From assembly GCA_009103225.1 (NCBI GenBank), contig RHPI01001037.1, positions 1,484,551 through 1,548,550 of the forward strand: 64,000 nucleotides of DNA. The letters are read 5' to 3'. A program made the position numbers and the translations under genes. Below are positions 24,039 through 37,695 of the stretch, in pieces. Every line of letters begins with the position of its first letter. Position 1 is the stretch's first letter. The notes beneath the pieces are model-generated. The model was not told the DNA's origin. It saw only the letters and a list, made by a program, of their open reading frames with translations, and searched no databases. The stretch comes from Chlorokybus atmophyticus (lineage: Eukaryota; Plantae; Mesostigma and Chlorokybus algae).

Positions 24039-27000
24039 CTAACCTGGTGCGTCTGATACTTCCACCAACAGTTCGCTAACACGCTCAAACGCAGCAAGCG
24101 TGTTTGAATCAAAGCCTCCTGCAAACTGATGCACGCGATATGCAAACCTAACAGCAGATACCATCAACGCGCTGATCCTGTCTTTGGAAGCCTGAGGTCC
24201 ATTCAAACCTGCACACAACAGGTGGTAAGTGAAGGGTCCAAGTTCACGGCAAACCCACTGTTGTTGACGGCAATGTACTTACCAATTGTCTCTGCTTCCT
24301 TTATGACCTTGTTCATGTACGCTGCAGCCATAGAAGCGGTAGACCTTTGTACCCTTAGCAAGGTCTTGTAATCGAAAGGGATGCCTTGCTCCTTGAATTT
24401 CCTCTTCGTACCCTCCTGCGGTATCACACAAAGGGGTCTGTAACTTTGCATAATCTTGCACTGGTAATAGGCCAATCATACCACCCTTGACCCGCAGGCA
24501 TACCTGCCCTCGTTGCAATGCTTCCACTCGGGACTGACACGCTTCAAAACTTGTGACCATCCTGGCGACGACATCCTCGCATTTGGTGCTTCCAAGAGCA
24601 CCTATCATGTTGGCGCCATCTCGCATCTCTGTCTCCTTGGCCTCGAGATCTCGTTGCATTGACACGGCCTCTCGTAGGATATCAGCCTGCGGTGACGACA
24701 CATGTCATTCCTGTGCTACATCCTTACAGCCATGATGCCTTGTGCGTCAACTGGCTAACATGTCCTTACCTTCGCCTCAGGCCACTCAAAGTGTTTCAGC
24801 ACAGCGCGCTCATCTACAAGTACGGACAGCTCCTTGTCCATATAATCCACAAACGCCATGGCCTGCAAGTGATACCAGGCTCGCAACCAGTTGTGGCCGT
24901 GTCAACAGCACGGTCACGGTTGTGACCGTGCTGTTGACACGCCTGTGGCATACTGCACAGGGAACGACTGCACAGGAGATGTCAAGCCACATTCTGAAGG
25001 TGGAAACTGGGACCTCACCTCTACCATGGTAATTGGTTTGAACTTGCGAACTTCTCCGGCTAATTGCATGATCATGTTGGCATATTCCTCCACATCTTTC
25101 TGAACAGCCTGCAACCAAACATACAGCTTGTCATAGACTGACACCGGCCATGGACAGACACCAGATGACCTCTGGCCGGGTTCTAGTCCCTTGCTCCTTT
25201 GTGACTGTGCCATACTGCAAACGCCATACCTTCACATATGCGCTCTTTGCTTCAAGCTCGCCTCTTACATCCGCCTTGGCATCCTATTCATGTGCACAAC
25301 AGCATTAGTGCCTTCTGTTTGATGGAACCATGTGCAGAACAACCAGCAAGGTCTGTACCCCGTTGGTCTGATTTCCTTGTCCAAATTGTGCAGCAGCATT
25401 AACACCGGTTGCATAGCCTTGTGGCCGATTGAGGGCTCTATACAGTTCCAGCACCTGTGACCAATCCATGATCACTTTTACCAGCAACACATGCATGCAA
25501 TGCATGCTCTGCATACCACAGCATGTGCAATCTCGTACCTTATTGGCTTTCTTGAACTCATCTTGTTCGGTCTTCTTCGGCGTTATAATCGGCCCAGGTG
25601 GAGGCACAAAGCCAGGTGCTCCATTGGCAGTGGGTGCCTTTAGTGCGCCTGGCATAGGAGGTGGCGGCGGCGGTGGCGGCGGACCTTTGCCATTGGCTGT
25701 CATGTAAAATCGTCAGTCGTGTGTGCAGAAGCCATGCAGAGATTGTGCACGTAAACAACTCAGCAATCTTGTGCGTCCTGCCAAGTTAGATGCAATGCCA
25801 ACAGACGCGCTCATCTCAAACGGCAGTGATCACACACCACTAGCATGGCCAAGTCTGTTGCAGGGCATAAGCAGCCAACACCAACCACCAGCTTACCAGC
25901 AAAGAATGGTAGACCTCCTGGAGGTGGAGGTGGAGGGGGCGGAGGGGGCGGCCCGCCAGGTTTCAAACTAGGTGCACTGTTGCTCTTGGGCATGCTGCTC
26001 GCATTAGAGTCCAACAAACTACTGGCACTGGCGCTTGACGGCAGCTTGAGAAGCCCTGGAGGAGGCGGTGGTGGAGGTGGGGGCGGCGGTGGACGCGCAC
26101 CTCCGGCAACTGGCTTGAGCAGACCAATGGGAGGAGGAGGCGGTGGTGGTGGTGGAGGTGGAGCCATTGGTGCCAATGGACTGGATGTTTCAGGCTTCGC
26201 TGGCTGCAGTGTTGGCGGCGGTGGGGGAGGCGTGGGAGGAGTTAGGGGAGTGGGTGCTGGAGGGGCCTGTGTGTACGGACTCTCATCGCAAGGAGCTTCA
26301 CGCGGCGTGGAGGGTGCACTGGACTTTGCAGGAGAAGGCCCTTCTTGTGTTTTGCCGACGTACAAATGCAAGGACAGCGGTGGCTGCATTGAAAATGGTG
26401 TTACAACGCTTGCACTGGCCATAGGCGAAGTAGCTATCTCTGTTGTTGCAGGCTTTGGGGGTGCTGGCATGGCTTGTGGCACTGAGTCCACTGCCACCGA
26501 CATGCGCGTCTTGGCAGGCTGAGGTGACTCGCTCGGCAAAGGTGACGGCGGGTCGGATGGCAATTGCTCGGGAAGCGGCCAGCTGTGGATGTCAACGTAC
26601 GGACGCGCAGGTGCTGGCGGTGAAATGTCATCAGCGCTCTGGACATACCGTAAAAGTGAGAACACATGCAGATGCTGGTGCACAAGCTGCAGGAAGGCTA
26701 GTTTCACACTGGCATCATCCATGAGGTTGGGTAATACCGAGGGCAAAGTCAAGGAGCAAGACATAGCAACCACTGTGCAAGCACCTTCAACAGACGTACC
26801 TTCTGCAACGTTAAGCCCTCTGCAGCAAGGTCGGCCAGACGTTGCCGAGTTGCTTTGTCAAGAGCAGGAGATCGTGGAGTTGCAACTGCATCCACAACTG
26901 GAGGTGGCGCTGTCACGAACAATGTAGACATAGCAGGTACTGTAGGAAGTGGTTTCTTGTGGAGTGAAGATGCAGTGGGAGGTTTTGGGCGCCTTGGAGG

Positions 27001-28574
27001 CAAAGTAGCAGCTGGAGGATTTGAAGGTGCAGATGCTTCAGCATCCATGATCAACTGCAGCGCAAGGGCAATCCATTCTCAGAAGGGTTCATGCTCACAA
27101 CATGCACAACTGCGTCACAATTGAAACAGCATCTGACCTGGTTGAAGACAGGGCCAGATATTGAGCGCGATCTGGATCGTGGAGTTGTGGGCTTGCTGTT
27201 CTCCACTGTTGAGTCTTGACTGCGTGGGGACTTCGGCTCTTGCGCTTGCGATGAAGAAAAGAAGGCAGAAGCAGCTGCGCTCTCCACGAGCTCCGAAAAA
27301 GGGTCACTCGGGTGAGCGAGTTTGAACTGTCCAAACCTCATGTGAGAATGCGCTGACCGTGCAGAGGACAGCACTTAACCAAGCTCACAGCAGGTCGAGG
27401 AAAGAAGCTGACCTGCCAAGGGTAAAGAACATCCAGCGCATCTGGTGTGTCACTTCCATCATAGCTGCTAGTGCTGGCTGCATCATCCCCAGTTGCTGCA
27501 GCTGGCGGAGCCAAAGCCGCAACTGGCGGTGACATTGGCTGAGGGGACTGCAATCAACAGAAAGGTTGGTTACAAGCTCCCTGTGTGACTGCAGCGTACT
27601 GCTGGGGCACATGTACCGTTTCAAGGTTCGCTTGCAATGAAGCTGCTATGGCACGTTTCAACGCATTCTGCTCCTCAATCTTTGCACGTCTACGCATGTC
27701 TGCTTCATGTCTCTGCAGTGCACAAGGATGCTTAGTGCTAAGCAACCCAGTTGGAAACAAAGCTTTACTGGAGGCTCACCGCTTCCAGCTGAGAAAGATT
27801 GACCGCATGCGCTAAACTGCCATTGGTGTCAGGTGCGGGAGCAGCCCCAGCTGGCTCCCGCTCAGGCAGTTGCGCAAATATGCCATGATATGCAGGTGCT
27901 CGTTGCTCCTTCTTAGATTTTTCCAGGGCAATCTGAAGCAGAGAATGATAAGCACCTTCCCGAATGACAAATACATCAGCTTGATCTTTGACGCCTCTAT
28001 ACCAACCTGCAGCTCTTCTTCTTCTGTTAAAGCTGTCTTGAACTTGGAAAGATCAGCGGGTGTGCCCTGCACAAAAAAGCATGAAGCAACGATTGCTGAT
28101 ATGCAGATTGCAGGACAGCGCCGCACAACAGTATGAGGAACAGTGTATGCTGCACTGTGTGCTCACTTGGCTGCGCACAGAGCTTGCGGGCGACGTCACA
28201 GGTGTAGCTTGGCTGGAGGAGTTCACACTTCCTGAAGGCCAACGCTACAGTCAACCATAACAACTTCAACTGAAGACAAACTACTGTACTGAACACCCAC
28301 AAACCGCGCCCACATCGTGCATAAGAATGTTGCAATGGTATAGATCCGCATACATGCGCACCTTGGTCTGTTCTAGGCGATGAAGTTGCTGGGTACGGGG
28401 CACTCATGCCGTGGAAAGAGTGCATACGAGGTTTGGGTTGTACACCACCCAGCGCTGCCGGCATGAAAAGCGATCCAGTGCTGGGCGTTTGTTGGTATGT
28501 AAACGTGCCCATTGCTGGAGATCTGTACCACAATCGGCTAAGCTTTGCAACACTGGCATAGCTATAGCAACCAT

Positions 28575-28668
<94 letters not shown>

Positions 28669-30807
28669 NTCGGGAAAGAGGCGCAGTTGCTGTCAGCACA
28701 TCATAGTCAGTGCATACGCAGGTGTTCTCAAGAACTACGCAGATTGATAAGTAAGGTACATGCAATACACAAGCCATCACGACACGCAACACAGACTTAT
28801 GGCGCACTCCTTGCAGCTGCTAGCGGGCAACGGTATGGTAATAAGAAGGTTCTAACATATTCCAGCCCCGTCACATGTATGATGGAAGAGGAGGGGGGNN
28901 NNNNNNNNNNNNNNNNNNNNNNNNNNNNNNNNNNNNNNNNNNNNNNNNNNNNNNNNNNNNNNNNNNNNNNNNNNNNNNNNNNNNNNNNNNNNNNNNNNNN
29001 NNNNNNNNNNNNNNNNNNNNNNNNNNNNNNNNNNNNNNNNNNNNNNNNNNNNNNNNNNNNNNNNNNNNNNNNNNNNNNNNNNNGGGGAGGGAGGGGGGGC
29101 AGTTTTTCATTGCTCACATGTGATCTGCAAGCAAACTTACATCTCTGAAGGGCAGTCCAGGGCGCCCTGGTCGTCGGATAAGGGCATGACCTATTGACAA
29201 ACACATCATTGTCAACCATGTCCTGAACGCAGCAAGGGACGGTGGTGTACAAGAGCAGACCACTGCTCACCTTCACGGTTGAGCGAGTTGTACAACTGCA
29301 GAAATCGACGTGAGCAGTCTGTCCCAGACGTGACCGTGGCCCACTCCAACAAGTAGAGCTGCAATTTCTCTGCCGCAACCTGCTCCTGCATCCCTCCCTG
29401 CAGCAGCGAATAACCATAAGCACTACGTGCATATGACCCTGCGTATGGCTAAGCGACAGCTGCAGCTATTATGTTACTGGTGGCAGCCCTGGAACACAAC
29501 AACTGATGAGGTAACACATGACGCCAGCAAAGACCGACAACATACACATCTACACTGCACGCTCCGATGCCCACCCCTTGGGTTGTACTCAAGAATAGGA
29601 AAACACTATCATACTTGCGAGCCAGCAGCCTTCACTAGTGTCTTCAACCTCAGAAGCCATTTCTTGGTTGTGACAGCCTCCCAAAATCGGCAATCAGCTG
29701 TTTTGATAGTGGCGTCAAGAAACTGCACAGTTAACAGTGAGTTCCTCCTGTGCAAATGTGCACTATTTGCGCAGAGTGTACTGAATCACAAGTACACACT
29801 AGGTACCTGTAGCGCCAGCATGCGCTGCTTCACATCCTTTGACTTCAACGGTTTTTTGAGGAACTTCAATGCAATGGTGGGTGCACTGTATAGCAAGTTT
29901 TGATATCAACTAAACAACCAAAGCGCAAACACTGGGCCCTTGCGTGAACCATACAATTGTCCACTTACGCATTCTCCCCATCCCGTACTCGATTTGCAAA
30001 CTCTTGGATCGCCCCTAAGTCGCCCTATCACCCAACATATCAGCCAACCATGACTCTCTAGTCTTAAAATCCTGTGTATGTTATGAATAACCAGATCCAA
30101 TCCTTATATAAAGCCAATTATATGCGTCACTTTGCATGACTGGTCACGTATGTTTGTATGAGTGAACAGCACACAATTGAGCGTGAGCACAACTTTGCAC
30201 GCAACGGTGTGCGCCCAGCCTATGTGTAGCAGCTGAAGTACAGATGCATGTGTCCCTTCCGGCCATGTCGTGCTGTATGTCACTCAGGTTAAAATCTGCG
30301 TACTATGCAAGAACCGCAGTTGGGGCTCCTACACAACCGGAAACGGCTTCTTGCAACTTGCATGCCACACCAACTTGTGGCTCGGTGTGGCACAGTAACA
30401 CCGTGCTGTACTTGTTCAGGTTTATTGATGGGTAGACCAATCTACAGTATGACAACAGTGGCACGCTTTGACACAGTACGTACGACACTGCATCACAACT
30501 GCATTTGATGTACGTTTGCAGTAACCAGCAACATGTGTGTCGTCAGATTTTCGCACGCTGTGCTGATTGCTGTCGCTCTTGAATAAATGAACTGCTGTAG
30601 GATAGTTTTAAGTGTGTCAAATCTGTCGGCGGAATACGTGCATTGATGTTGAAATAGCACATCCGGCTACTTGACGGACTGAAGGATTGTCCAACATCTC
30701 TTTACCTGGCCATGCGCATCCGCAGTGACGGCGAGGTTCACAAGATCTCTAAAGATGGTGCCGTTGACGTTGGCGTTCAGCAGCCGCTGCTTGTCCAAGA
30801 CTCCCAT
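24039..30807 (-). CDS. CHUP1-C-domain protein with N-terminal VHS domain, two UIMs and polyproline (FH1-like) tracts
   Basis: C-terminal exons carry CHUP1 signatures: VLELYRAL, DVRGELEAKSAYVKAVQKDVE, DKELSVLVDERAVLKHFEWPEAKADILREA, FKEQGIPFD, SAVRFAYRVHQFAGGFD. Upstream exons splice in phase through the polyproline region to UIMs TEEEELQ|IALEKSK and EEQNALKRAIAASLQ. Exons at 29270-30807 give a VHS-like domain (ALKFLKKPLKSKD...LALQ|FLDATIK...FWEAVTTKKWLLRLKTLVK...EKLQLYLLEWA...LYNSLNREG). The VHS-to-UIM join crosses a gap and poly-C tract (28577-29100), and one VHS-internal join is unresolved. Confidence 0.75.
28577..29100. repeat. ~90 nt C homopolymer (28577-28668) and a G-flanked assembly gap (N 28899-29083) in introns of the CHUP1-like gene
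   Basis: Directly visible in the sequence. Confidence 0.85.
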
Positions 30808-31186
30808 GCTGCCAGGAGCAGCAGGCCCCTAAGGGCGCTACTGCTACCTCATCGGTTCGGGGTAACCCCTCTAGAGAGCTACCAGGATGAGCACTCAAAC
30901 AACCCTTAGGACCCTAGTTCCAAATGACCAGCAGCAGCAACAGCACGTAAGCAGTCCCCAACAACCACACAGCCTGCTCCTTGTTCTCCAGCCAACTCCA
31001 ACAACCAGGAAGCCTGTGCCACTCTACAATAACCAATCACAGTCACCAAGCCCCCGGGAATGCTGCAGCGTGTCCACGTCAAGCGTGTCGTCCTCGAGAT
31101 CGATGGCGTCAGCAGCGTCGGCGGCAGCGGCGGTGACGGAGATGGTGCCAGCTGGCGGGCTCAAATTAGGGATTTGTCGGACGCGG

Positions 31187-31196
31187 TTTAGGGTTT
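31187..31196 (-). promoter_or_regulatory. Telo-box (AAACCCTAAA) upstream of the VHS-CHUP1 gene
   Basis: Exact motif just upstream of a GC-rich, probably 5'UTR exon (~31040-31150). Confidence 0.4.
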
Positions 31197-33884
31197 GGCG
31201 CCAAATTCAATTTGCGCCGATCGGCGGAAACTCTGTTCGCAGATTCAAGCGTGCCCGCGTGGCAGTGTTAGCGTCAAATGAAGAGGCGACTTTAATCAAG
31301 TTAACCCTAAGCGAGCCCTCATCCAAGCCCCACTAGATACCAGTAAAGTAGTGTAATGACTGACTCACATTACATGGGCAACGCAGTAGTTTGGTGTTAA
31401 GCTACGCAACAAAAAACCACAGAACAACCCGTCTACACTAGGTCATGAGTTGGTGTAGCCGGTCAGTGTACTGGTACAGTGTAGACTCTTGAGAAGTCTC
31501 CCTCGCACATCTCATTCTTATGAACAACACCGCTTGGGTTTAGATCCATAAACTTATATCAATGGTCTGCATATGTTAACTCAGTCGTAAGGATCAATTG
31601 TTATGGTATGGTATGCTATGCAACAAGCACGCGTTACTTGCAAGCACATACATGCTAAATTTATTTATGCAATTGCATGCATCAACATGCGCAGTGCATT
31701 GCTTTATGTGCAGTGTTAATAGTATTTGAATGAAGGGCTACTTGCAGCAGGCGAGCTGTAAAAAATTCGCTTTATCAAATCTTGTTTTGTTACTTGTTAA
31801 ATATGTACAATACTTGAATTAATTGCTTAATTGATGATGGGTCTAAGCATGTGTACATGATAACATCCACTGTTGTGCGTTTGCGAAATCATAATGTCTT
31901 TGTTTGGTCTTATACCCTGGTTCCGGCCGAGCAAACGTTGTAGCACATCAAAACTATTGACTATTTGTGAGCCGCAACGCAATGCATTTATGCACGTGAT
32001 GTGCATTTTATGTAATCATCATACAAGCCAAAACACAACGCATCAACACCTTATACTCTATAATGTCTTAAATGAAATTGTATAAACAATTGCATGTACT
32101 ATAAGCGACGGTAAGCCAAGCGCGTGCAAGTATTGTAATACTGATGATTACCATCGACTTATTATTGCATTATCCATGCACGTGTGATAATGTTACGTAG
32201 GTTGTGATTATTATAATAGTGTCATATGAGTGGGTTGTGATTAATGTGTGAGTAGGTTGTAAGACCAACTTGTGTGAGTAGGTTGTGATTATTATATAAT
32301 GTCATGTTGCAACATAGGCTTTACAATTACGATTTTACGATTCGCGTGAATACATGCACTTCTCAAAAGTTAGCATTTTTATGTTACGCAACAATGACTT
32401 TTGTAAGTTGTACATTCCAATGATATGATACGTAGTGAACACCAACTTGATCAACTCTCATTCATCCCATATTCATGACCATGTATATACATACTATGCA
32501 AATAACAGTGTTGTTGACATGCCATCAACATGATGCTACTAGCTTAGCATGCACAATAAGAAAGGTATTACAAACCTCAAATGTGCATGCTAAGGTAACT
32601 ATCATTCTAGGGATGCGCCATGTTAATAGTAACATGCTAGTAGCATGCAAGGACATAAGTAAATCATCACATGACGGGTTCAACTTCGTGATCTCGTATG
32701 AAGCCTTTTGACTTGACCTGTTACGGCCCTTTGTTGGCCTGCCATGCACTGCATCCGATGCAGTGCGGCACGCACTGTGCATGGTAGGGTAGACGCTGCG
32801 TATTGTGGCTTGCAGGCAAGTGGCGTAAGGTTTGACCTCTTTTCCTGCGCGAACGAGAGCGCAGCAGGCGCTGGCAGCGAGTGCACCGCCTCATGCCTGG
32901 CCACATGCGTATACAAACGTGCACAAGACACATACGCATGAAGTATACCACTCTTGGAGGTAGCCAATTTGCAAGCACACAATCACGTATGCACACAGTC
33001 ACTGAGTCAACACTGTGATGATGTGAGTGCGCGCATGTGACGTTGCGCCGCGGGCTGGTGTTGTGAGCATCATTTGCAGCACCGTGACGAACCTAGTGAT
33101 GTATTTTCTGATGCTTTCAGTTTGGGCATGCAGAAAAGAAGAATTACGACGACTCTTCTTCTCTGCTGACGATTGTCTGGGTAGTCATCAGGAATAAAAA
33201 CATCACATGCACATTGATGGGCAACGCATCACCAACAACTGGCAAACACAACGGGGTCCGTGGCGTTGAAGGCGAAAACTGGATTTGTTAGTGTCACAGT
33301 AACTATGACGGTCATAGAAACCAACACGCAGTCAAGTTAAGGCCCCAAAGAGTAGTAGCCTGCTCCTGAATCACCAACAGTCACTGACTGTGTGGCACAG
33401 CGACGGTAGCTATATTAGCCTAATATGAATACACCGCCTTGGGCAATGTGCAGGTAGCTGCTAGACCAGCAGCTGCCACTCATTCAGAAACATTACAAGC
33501 CTGCAGCCAACCTTGCAGTAGAATGCGTGCACGTGCGTGTCCCTGTGCGTGTTGGCAGATGCAGGCACGTGCAGGACCACTGCAAGGTGGTTTGATTGCT
33601 GGCCAGCTATCACGGCAATGTCAGTAATTACCAGCTACAATGACAATCGAGACCGTGCAAAGGAAAGGACGCTGCGCGTGGGTGCAAAGCCTTGGTTGGT
33701 TCTCCTGCCAATGGTCGTAACAAGAACAACAGGCAATGAGCCATGCAGCACAGAAGTCGTGTGTGCCGCAGGCGGCCTGCGTTGGTGCATGGCGTATGTA
33801 CCTGCGAATGGTAGGTACATAACTGGCATTCAACGCTGAGTTAGCATGGCAAACATGTGTGTGACGTACCGCAGGGCCGGTCCC

Positions 33885-36150
33885 CTACTCAATGGCAATA
33901 TCCGCACAGTTCCAAAACTCCTCAGGGATAGCGTCTCCACCGCATATGGGAAGGTTGGGCAGTAAGTTGCCAGGGGACGTTGTCATGCTCAGCCAAGACT
34001 CCTGGTTGCATCTGCAAACACCAATGGACCGGTGAGTGGCCAATGCTTGCTGCTGCTTGTGCTCCGTCACGACATAGTGGAGAGCGTTCGTGACCCGTTT
34101 GCAGTGATGATTACAGTCACAGTCGCTACCACAACAGCAGCATGTCATGTGGACACGCTGGTGGTGGTAGCGACTGCGACAAGCGTGATAACCTTGTGGT
34201 GATATCCTCGTGTGGCACATGCACGCCCGCCTGCAGTGTGCGTGCGTATGCACGACGCGCATGCGCATGTGTGCCACACACACATGTGGCACAGGTGCAG
34301 TGTGCATGCGTGTGTATGTCTGTGCGTACGTGGGTGCGTGCGTGCGTGAGATGCCTGACCGTCAGCTTGATGGCATCAAGTTTCTGAACGGAGTGTAAGT
34401 CTACCCTCAGTTCACCAAGCCAAAGCAAACTGGAAACGTGGTGTGCAGCATGACACTGCCGCAGTGTCATGTGCTCGACGTGCTGATGCCATCAGTGCCA
34501 CTCAGTGATGGCTCTGCGTTAATGAAGCCTCGTGACGACGGTCAATGCCAGACACTATCATGCCTAGGTCCAGTTGCTTGATCACACGTTGTGCACCTGT
34601 TGCCTGTGTGATGTAGTGCCACTGCAGCACCGCGCGCTTGGCTTTGACGCCATCAGGGAGTCTGTACTGCATGTGCATGCTTGGGTGTGCTCGCGTGTGC
34701 TTGTGCGCCTGTGCTTGCATGCATTGATTGTATTGGTGTGCAACACATCTGGCCCCCTTTTCGCTTGAGCACGCTTTCTAGTAGCTCTATTGTAAGTTAT
34801 GTAGTAAACAGCCTGGGCGTTCAAAGGCTGCGGTGGAAGAAACCACAGCGTGCCGTTGTCATCAGCTCGCTCCAGCACATACTTGTCAAAGCAACCCTGA
34901 ACAGGACATCAACCGGAGCGTGATGAACAACACAGACGCAGTTAAGACCGTAGAGAACCAACAAGCATGTCAGTGTATATAAGGGGTATGGTACGGTGGC
35001 AGCATGCATGGTGTGGACAATGCGAACAAGCATGTCAGTGTATACTGCCAGTGCCAAGTAGTGCACCTGAATTTGAAGTGCGTGAACTTCACTAACTCTG
35101 ACCAGCAGCAAGGCAAGCACAAACTCACACGCACGCCTGTGTAGCATCGCTTTTGAGGCTTGGGTCTGGCAGCGGGCAAGGTGGTACTCAAAGGCCCCTT
35201 GGTGGTGCGTGGTGACCTCAATGTCGACGACCTGTCCTGCTTGAAAGGTGGCTGCGATTATGCCAAGCGCATACTGCCCGCCAGGGCTCTGTACAGCACA
35301 GGCGTTCAGCTCATGTATTGCTAATGGCCACGGCTGTGCCCTCGTATGCACGGTTCTAGGCAAGCCAATATGACTCATAGCAGGCTGCCTGGCACTGCGC
35401 GCATTCGTGCGCGTGTTAGTGCGTGAATGCGTGCATGTGCTGCACCTTGCTGATAGCTACACTTTCAACGCAGCTACGTTCATGATAAGGTACTTACCAT
35501 GTGCAGCTGTGGCTGGTTGTACGGGTCACCGCACAAACCATGTTGACTGGTAGCACCTGTCAGGGAGGCTCCTCCAGCTGCAGTGCCATTGGGCCAGCAG
35601 CCCACACCCGGGTTGAAAGCTCAACTTGCACGAGGAGTAAACATGCTAGCAAGACAAGGTACTGCTGTCTATCGGCAACAATAGACAAACTCGCTGCAAT
35701 GTGATGTTGAACATGAGCAACCGACTCACCGTTGTTGCAGAAACAGCAGTAGTTGGGCACCACCTGCACACGCGAACAGCTTCAGCACACTGCTACTGAT
35801 CTAGCACACTAGCTCTTGTACACCATGCATGGTAACTGCGCATGGTGCAGTGCGTGGTGTAAGCTCAAATCTTTGCAACACTGTGAACTGCGTGCTCAGC
35901 ATGGGCCGCATCCATGGACGTGCACAAGCTAACTTGGCAAGCAGGGAACTGCCAAACACGCTGCAGCGATCGCCCTTCAAACGTACCTTTGGCCAGCCGA
36001 GCCAGTGCATGCAGCCACGAGTGGCGGGAAAAGCCATGTAGCCATGCGCATGCGCACATTGGACTTGCACTGTTGACATCATCATCAGCGCCAAGGACAC
36101 CAAGAGCGCACGCTGTCTGCGCAGTCTACCTAAAGCAGCTGCCTCAGCGT
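33885..36150 (-). pseudogene. Lytic polysaccharide monooxygenase (LPMO_10/chitin-bind-3 fold, AA15/AA10-like), apparently frameshifted
   Basis: A signal-peptide-like segment (ALLVSLALMMM...CAHA) precedes His1 in HGYMAFPATRG (codon 36044-36046). Later motifs are HGLCGDPY, IEVTTHHQGAFEY, CFDKYVLERAD, YRLPDGV...VLQWHYIT and PEEFWNCADIAIE* (stop 33885). Restoring YHLCP needs +1 nt at ~35178 and restoring YITGN(R)C needs -2 nt at ~34605-34610. The start codon was not located. Confidence 0.65.
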
Positions 36151-37635
36151 ACTGCAAACAGCAGACCAGAAGCAGCAGCTTGACAGGCACAGAGACCAGC
36201 CAGACAGTTCCTGGGGTCAGTTAAGCAACCGTCACAGCTGTGTGCATGTTGCTCAATACCTGGCAGCCGCGAAGCTACCACACATGCACACTGCAGCTGC
36301 CAGTGCATCACTTGTACATGTTCTTGCAGGGAACACTGCTTGGCAATAAGCTCACCTTCAAATTGCCGCAGCTGTACTAAAGGTGCTGCGCAACCAGCAA
36401 GTCAGCGCAACCGTGCAGCACAAGTGCCCACTTCACGCACACGGTGGCAGTATGTACAGTGACTTGAAAGCGTATGCATGCTCGTGCATCACATTGGAAT
36501 GCTTGCACTGCACGACGTTCATGATTACAAGGATATTGGGTATAAGCATTACACTTTCGATACCCAACACTGTAAATTGCAGTCTCCTTCTGTTGCGACA
36601 GTAACCATGTACAAACCAGTATGCTTTTGCATGAAACACTGATTAGCACATGTCGCGCATCACAGCCTGCAACCAGGCGCCGTCGGCGCGCAGTTGTTGA
36701 TGGGCTCTCAAGCAGGTAGGTTGAGCTTATCAACAAGCGTCACAGGAAGCTTCATCAGCCTGGCGGCAGGGACAGGCGGGTGGTGTTATTAATGCCGTGC
36801 CAATCACCTGCAGGCGGAGAGAGACGAAATACAGCTAAGGGCCGTAGTCAGCGCCAAGTGACAGTCTGTTAAGGCTTAAGGCTCTACGGGTCTTACCGCA
36901 GCCGCGGCTTTCCGCATGCAGCCATGCAGAATATAGGCTAATTTGAGGCACCTTTCAACTTAGTATGAATATAGGGAGTACGTTGCGTCGTCGTTATTGC
37001 TATGACGCGTGACAAGGGGCTGCGGCGCCGTTATAATACGACAGAGCCTTGCATGGACCCATGCAAGCTGCATGACAGCCCGAAAAGGCGTGGTACCCTG
37101 AGTAAGGCGTGCATGTAGCCATGCACGCGCCCTTTTCGCATTGTGCGAGAGGTGTATGGCACCGTCACCGCAAGGTGAAACTTACAGTTTTGTCTTACAA
37201 CCCATGCCTGTATATGGTACATAAGCATAGCGCATGTAGTCTACCAGTGGCATGCAAACCAGACATGTTGAGCGCTTGCATGAGTCCAGCATGCATGCTT
37301 GAGAGCATGTTGGACTCATGCAAGCTCTATTATGCAACATATAGTCGCAGCCTCACCCAAGCTAAGACCTGTTGAAGGCGGTTTGGCATGTATTAAGTAT
37401 ATCTTTGCTGGGCGCCATAAGATACTGCTGGCGGCGGCGACAGAGGGGGCAGACTTGAGTACATCCGCTGCAGCTCTGGCCTGTCGCAGAGAGGTGATAT
37501 CAAGCAGTATCCCAATATTAAGACCTTGTTCGTTATGTCAACATAACAATCCAAGGGCAAGTGTGCATGCATGAACGCTGCATGCATGCAGGGCAGAACA
37601 CCATTGCATGAGCAGCCGACTTGCATCATGCAATA

Positions 37636-37695
37636 CATGAGTCATGTACTGCATGCACATGCATGCATGCATGCATGCATGAGTGACGACTCATG
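37636..37695. repeat. Self-complementary (CATG/TGCA)n microsatellite flanked by the inverted pair catgagtc/gactcatg
   Basis: Directly visible in the sequence. Confidence 0.75.

Noticed and set aside
28577-28668. Poly-C/poly-G runs read as polyproline or polyglycine coding in the ORF track, also at 3914-3949
   Set aside because: They are pure homopolymers next to assembly gaps inside introns, and their length and frame are unreliable.
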